In this document: positions 57,530 through 61,848 of the stretch, piece by piece | How positions within the stretch are numbered: position 1 is the first letter of the stretch | How the letters are laid out: every line of letters begins with the position of its first letter | NCBI GenBank assembly: GCA_963767115.1 | Contig: CAVYCR010000003.1 | Location: forward strand, 175,377-237,224 | Origin: Candidatus Kaiserbacteria bacterium | GTDB taxonomy: Bacteria > Patescibacteriota > Minisyncoccia > Phycocordibacterales > UBA2100 | Length of the DNA stretch: 61,848 bases | Direction of reading: 5' to 3' | The notes under the pieces: model-generated | Database searches by the model: none | Told to the model about the DNA's origin: nothing | The model's input: the letters and a program-made list of their open reading frames with translations, nothing else | Position numbers and translations under genes: made by a program

Positions 57530-59656
57530 ATGACGACATCGAAAAAGGCCAGGGCCTTTCTTTTTTTGGCCGCGGTGTCCGTTTATTCCGGTCATGCGGT
57601 TTCCATCGTCGGCAACGATTCGGCCGCCTATGCCGATGCTCCGGCCGCCGTTGACGCGCCCGCGCCCCCAATCGCTGCGCCGACACCTACAGCCGAAGCC
57701 GTAACGCCAGCGCCAGCCGAAGCCCCCACCGCGCCCGCCACGCAAAACTCCGCCGGTTGGACCCCGCCCAACGATCTCATCGTCGTCGGCCCCAAGGCGC
57801 CCGCGGCCCACATCGTGATGGCCGACAACGGCGCCATCGCCAACCTGAATATCGCAAAAGCAACCGATATGGAAGATGTCCTCCGCTGCATCGCCCAGGT
57901 GACGCATCTGAACATCATCCCCGTCGCCGACGCCCACGGCATCGTCCCCGCGATGGACCTCTACAACGTTACCATCCCCGAAGCCCTCGCCGCCGTGCTG
58001 CACACGAACGATTTGGAGTATCGCCAGGTCGGCAACCTCTATTACATCTATAGCCAGAAGCAGTTGGCCGCCCTCGAAAAGCAGCGGCTGACGACGCAGG
58101 TCTTCACGCTCTATTACACGCCCGCCGACAACGCCGCCGAAATGATCAAGCCCGCGCTGTCAGCCGACGCCCAGGTGAAAGTCAGCAAGGCCGCCATCAC
58201 CGGCATCGACACCGAATCCACCGAAGGCGCCAGCAGCACCACCGGCGGCGGCGGCACCACCGACACCGGCGGAAATTCCCACGCCACGCAAGACATGATC
58301 GTCGTCAACGACTATCCGGAAAATCTCGAAGCCGTCGCCAAAATCATCAAGCAGATCGATCACCGCCCGCAGCAGATTCTGCTCGAAGCCACGATCCTGC
58401 AAGCCACGCTCACCGACGACAACGAAATGGGCGTCGATTTCAGCGTGCTCGGCGGCGTGAATCTCTCCAGCATCGCGCAGGCCCCCTATGCCGCCGGCGC
58501 CTCCGCATCCAACGGCAGCCTCACCAACACCACCGGCACAGCCTCCTCCAGCGCCTCCGGCGCCACCACTGCCGCCCCCGGCGGCACGACCAATTACACC
58601 GCCGCCAACACCGGCTTCACCCAGAACGTCACCCCCGGCGGCCTTCAACTCGGCATCGTCTACGACAATCTCGCCGTCTTCGTCCGCGCCATCGAGCAGG
58701 TCACCAACACTGTCATCCTCGCCAACCCCAAAGTGCTCGCCTGGACAAACAAGAAGGCGAAGTCCTCGTCGGCCGCGAAGACGGATATTTGACGACGACC
58801 GTCACCCAGACGTCGCAAACCCAAACCGTCGCCTTCAACGACACCGGCACCAAACTAGTCTTCCGACCCTTCATCGCCGCCGACGGCTACATCCGCATGG
58901 AGATACCACCCCGAAGACTCCACCGGCGGCACGACGACTCAGGCCAACAACGTCATCCCCTTCAAGGTCACGACGCAGGTCACCAGCAACGTCATGGTCA
59001 AGGACGGCAACACCATCGTCATCGGCGGCCTGTTCCGCGACGACACCCAGACCTCCCGCTCCCAGGTCCCCGTCCTCGGAAACATCCCCTGGCTCGGCAC
59101 GTTATTCCGCTCGCAGGTCGACACGACAACTCGCCAGGAAATCATCATCCTGCTCACCCCGCACATCATCAAAGATGACTCGGCCTACAGCAATCTCTCC
59201 GAAGATCAGCTTAAAGAAGCCGAGAAACTCCGTGTCGGCGTGCGCGAAGGCATGATGTTCTTTGGCCGCGAGCGCCTCGCCGACTCCTCCTACGAAGAAG
59301 CCGTCGCCGAAATGCGCAAGCAAAACCCCGACGTGAACAAAGCCCTCTGGCATCTCGATCTCGCGATCGATCTGAATCCCCAGTTCGTCGAAGCCATCGC
59401 CATGCGTGAACGCCTGACCGGCCAGATCGTCACCGACCCGGACTTCAGCTCCATCCGAAGCTTCGTCCGAAAATCGATCCTCGAAGACGTAACGCCAACA
59501 GATGCCGATGTTCTAGACCCAGGAACATTGCCCGGCCAGCCCGCTTCGCCGACGCAAGCAGCAATCCGTCGCGACCCCGTCCTCGGCCACAACCGAACCG
59601 AGCGACCGGCGCTCCACCGCGTCCGGCAACTAACACGAACCAAAAAAACCCCATGA
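57530..59656 (+). pseudogene. pilQ: Secretin (PilQ/GspD family), two compensating frameshifts (~58742 and ~58908)
   Basis: Signal peptide, N-domains, then the secretin core: ILLEATILQATLTDDNEMGVDF..., ANPKVLA|LDKQEGEVLVGREDGYL...FRPFIAADGYIRMEI|HPEDSTGG...VKDGNTIVIGGLFRD...VPVLGNIPWLGTLFR...EIIILLTPHII. Confidence 0.85.
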
Positions 59657-60908
59657 AAACACCTAAAAAATCATTCTCATCAATCGCCGCCCTCGGCCTG
59701 ACCGCCCTAGCCCTCGCCGGCTGCGCCTCCACCTCGAAGCCGAATCCACCTTCGGCCAAAGAACTCGGCGCCCAGCAGTGGAATGCCACCCGCGCCTCAG
59801 TCCTCCTGACGCTGGCTAAAGATCAATACAACCACGGCAACTTCGACAAGTGCAAGCAGACAATCGATCAAGCCGAGCGCCTCGATCCCAGGAGCGATGC
59901 CATTTCCGTCCTGAGCGCCCAGCTAGCCATCGAGCAGGGCGACATGGACATCGCCGAGCACGAGCTTTCCGAGGCTCGCACCAACAACCCCAAAAACGCG
60001 CAAGCGTTTTATTTAAGCGGCGTCGTCTACCAGGCTGGGACCAACCCCAGCGCGCCTATGAAATGTACACGCAAGCCGCCACGCTCGACTCCACGCAACT
60101 CGCCTACATCATGGCCTGCGCCGAGATGCTCGTGTCGATCGACCGCGCCCCCGAAGCCCTAGCGTTATTGCAGGACAAGGTCTCCCAATTCGAAAACAGT
60201 GCAGTCTTATGTGACGCCGTAGGAATGCTCTTATCCCAACAACATCGCGACGCCGAGGCGATAGACATGCTCCAGCGCGCCACCATCCTGGCGCCCGATG
60301 ACAAAGGCATTAGAGAGCACTACGCCCTGGAGCTTCTGCGACTCCACAACTATCCCGAAGCCGCCGACCAACTCCATCGCCTCCTCTCGCCGCCGGCCCC
60401 CGATCCCTACAATCTCCCCGACCCCACCGAGGTCGCGAAGTCCGATCCCTACGCAACCCGCGCAGACCTCTGGCTGGCCCTAGGCCAATGCCAGATGGAG
60501 ATGCACGACCCACACACGCCGAGCAAAGCTTCGAATCCGCCGTCAGTTTAGACGCCAACAACCCCGCCGCCTGGCGCACCCTGGCAAATCCGCTCTAATG
60601 AATAACGACGCAAAATGCCGCCTGCAAGTCCGCCGACCGCGCCTTGGCCCTGAACCCCCAGGACCCCGAAACGCTGCTCTTCAGCGGCTACGTAAATCTA
60701 AAAACCAACAAACCCCAGCAAGCGTTAATCAACTTCGCCGCCGCCAGCAAGCTCGATCCGAAGGACACGCTGACTCTCTGCATGATGGGCTACGCCTTAG
60801 AGCGAATGAACCAACCCCAGCGCAACAGAGTATTACGCCGAGGCTCTAAAACTCTCCCCGAATGACGACCTGGCCAAAACCCTGATGAACGACGCGCGGA
60901 AGATGTAA
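59653..60908 (+). pseudogene. TPR-repeat lipoprotein (PilF/PilW-like), at least 5 frameshifts
   Basis: Lipobox LALAGCAS. TPR-like helices are spread over all three frames, ending ...LSPNDDLAKTLMNDARKM* at 60908. The ATGA overlaps the secretin stop. Confidence 0.65.
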
Positions 60909-61068
60909 TTGCGACGCCGGGCCACTCTTCGCGTATACCATCGGATTCGCGACATCATCTTCCCGTAGGGTGGGCATACCTGCCCACCAACGACTCATGA
61001 TTGCGCTCGACGCTGGTCCACGGCTCAATGGATCGGTGCGATCCAGACAAAATGCGAAAGCCGGGCAT

Positions 61069-61432
61069 ATGCAAAACGACGATGCCCCCATCGAATTAGC
61101 ATACGGACAACGCCCACGCCGTCGCTTGGTCTTCACCCCATTGATCGTGGCCGTCGCGCACTTCGCCGTCACGGCGTTGTTGTGGCGGCACAGTTTCGAT
61201 CGGTTCGATGACCAACCTGGTGAGCGCGATCGGAAATTCTTCATACCATGCTCCAGCCCCCACTCCCGTTGATCGCATGATTGACTTTGTGGTCAATGGT
61301 CTGATGTTTCCGATTTCCGAGTTAAGGCTCGATCTGAATCCCTACGCCGTCATCGCGCTGAACAGCTTATGCTGGGCTTTCTTCGGCTGGTGCGCTATCC
61401 AAATCTTTCAACGCGCGAAAGTGAAAAAGTGA
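61069..61432 (+). pseudogene. Small membrane protein, one frameshift near 61240
   Basis: MQNDDAPIELAYGQRPRRRLVFTPLIVAVAHFAVTALLW... continues in another frame as ...MIDFVVNGLMFPISELRLDLNPYAVIALNSLCWAFFGWCAIQIF... Confidence 0.4.
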
Positions 61433-61526
61433 CATCCAGGCATCAATGGTATTTGTCGACAGATGCCCCCTTTTCCGTTTCCTTCAATAGCCGGAGGCTA
61501 ACAGCCTCCGGTCCCGGACCCTCCCG

Positions 61527-61848
61527 TCAACCGGAATTTCGATACTCCGCAAAGCCATAATACTTTGGCCGCAAATCCAGCCGGACATGCGACCAAGGCA
61601 CGCCCATTCCCGCCGTGCTTAGCCAGACTGGTTTCGTATCCAGCCGCTCCTCCATCGCTTGTCCGACCGCAATCCAAAGCTCATTTGCCTGCGCGGAGGA
61701 TGCTTCGCGGGCACCGATAGGGGGACTTTCTTTTCCGTCACCAGGGGGATAAGAGGTCACCTCGAGACGAAAAGAGCGAGACGAAAGAGAAGTGACCTGC
61801 TCTATGCTCGACCAGCAGAAAGGGCTGCTGATTTCCCGCCTATACCGA
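61527..61848 (-). CDS. Hypothetical protein, 5' end beyond the window
   Basis: The minus-strand frame is open from the window edge to TGA 61527-61529 (...VTSYPPGDGKESPPIG...WLSTAGMGVPWSHVRLDLRPKYYGFAEYRNSG*). I recognise no family. Confidence 0.4.
   Translation of the reverse strand, partial: RYRREISSPFCWSSIEQVTSLSSRSFRLEVTSYPPGDGKESPPIGAREASSAQANELWIAVGQAMEERLDTKPVWLSTAGMGVPWSHVRLDLRPKYYGFAEYRNSG

Overview
Composite window.

**Part 1, nt 1 to ~51.8 kb.** This reads like a compact, gene-dense Patescibacteria/CPR-type chromosome segment. That assignment is my inference from gene content and style, not a database hit. Core content:
- a dTTP-synthesis cluster (thyA, long-form dcd, tmk, glyA);
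- a glycogen/starch cluster (ROK kinase, cupin PGI, GH15, GH57, GT4, HAD) interrupted by a RAYT transposase with its own REP palindromes;
- a 6-kb type IV pilus operon (pilB, pilC, four pilin-like genes, major pilin) that includes a prepilin::LVIVD beta-propeller fusion;
- five tRNAs, RNase P RNA, hisS, lepA and murJ.

Accessory content:
- a complete diversity-generating retroelement (target/VR, TR, antisense avd, RT) with 13 of 13 VR-TR mismatches at TR adenines;
- a tRNA-bracketed islet with a large serine recombinase and an ORF-free array of hairpin modules with exact 56-bp periodicity and module-specific stems;
- a set of very long nested inverted repeats in intergenic regions, two of which share an identical 33-nt core but have different, self-complementary outer arms;
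- a heavily frameshifted FAD-oxidase pseudogene;
- a nuclease-rich putative defence island (GIY-YIG-like, DUF6884-like, GIY-YIG+DUF4357-like, HEPN-like plus a tiny acidic ORF, PD-(D/E)xK/DUF2779-like).

**Part 2, ~51.9 kb to the end.** Composition and gene style change abruptly to a GC-rich PVC/Planctomycetota-like cluster: pseudopilins, pilM-N-O-P-Q and a TPR lipoprotein. Nearly every gene there needs frameshift correction. This is either an assembly or binning chimera, or a decaying foreign insert.

All coordinates and counts come from reading the sequence by eye. No searches or folding programs were run.
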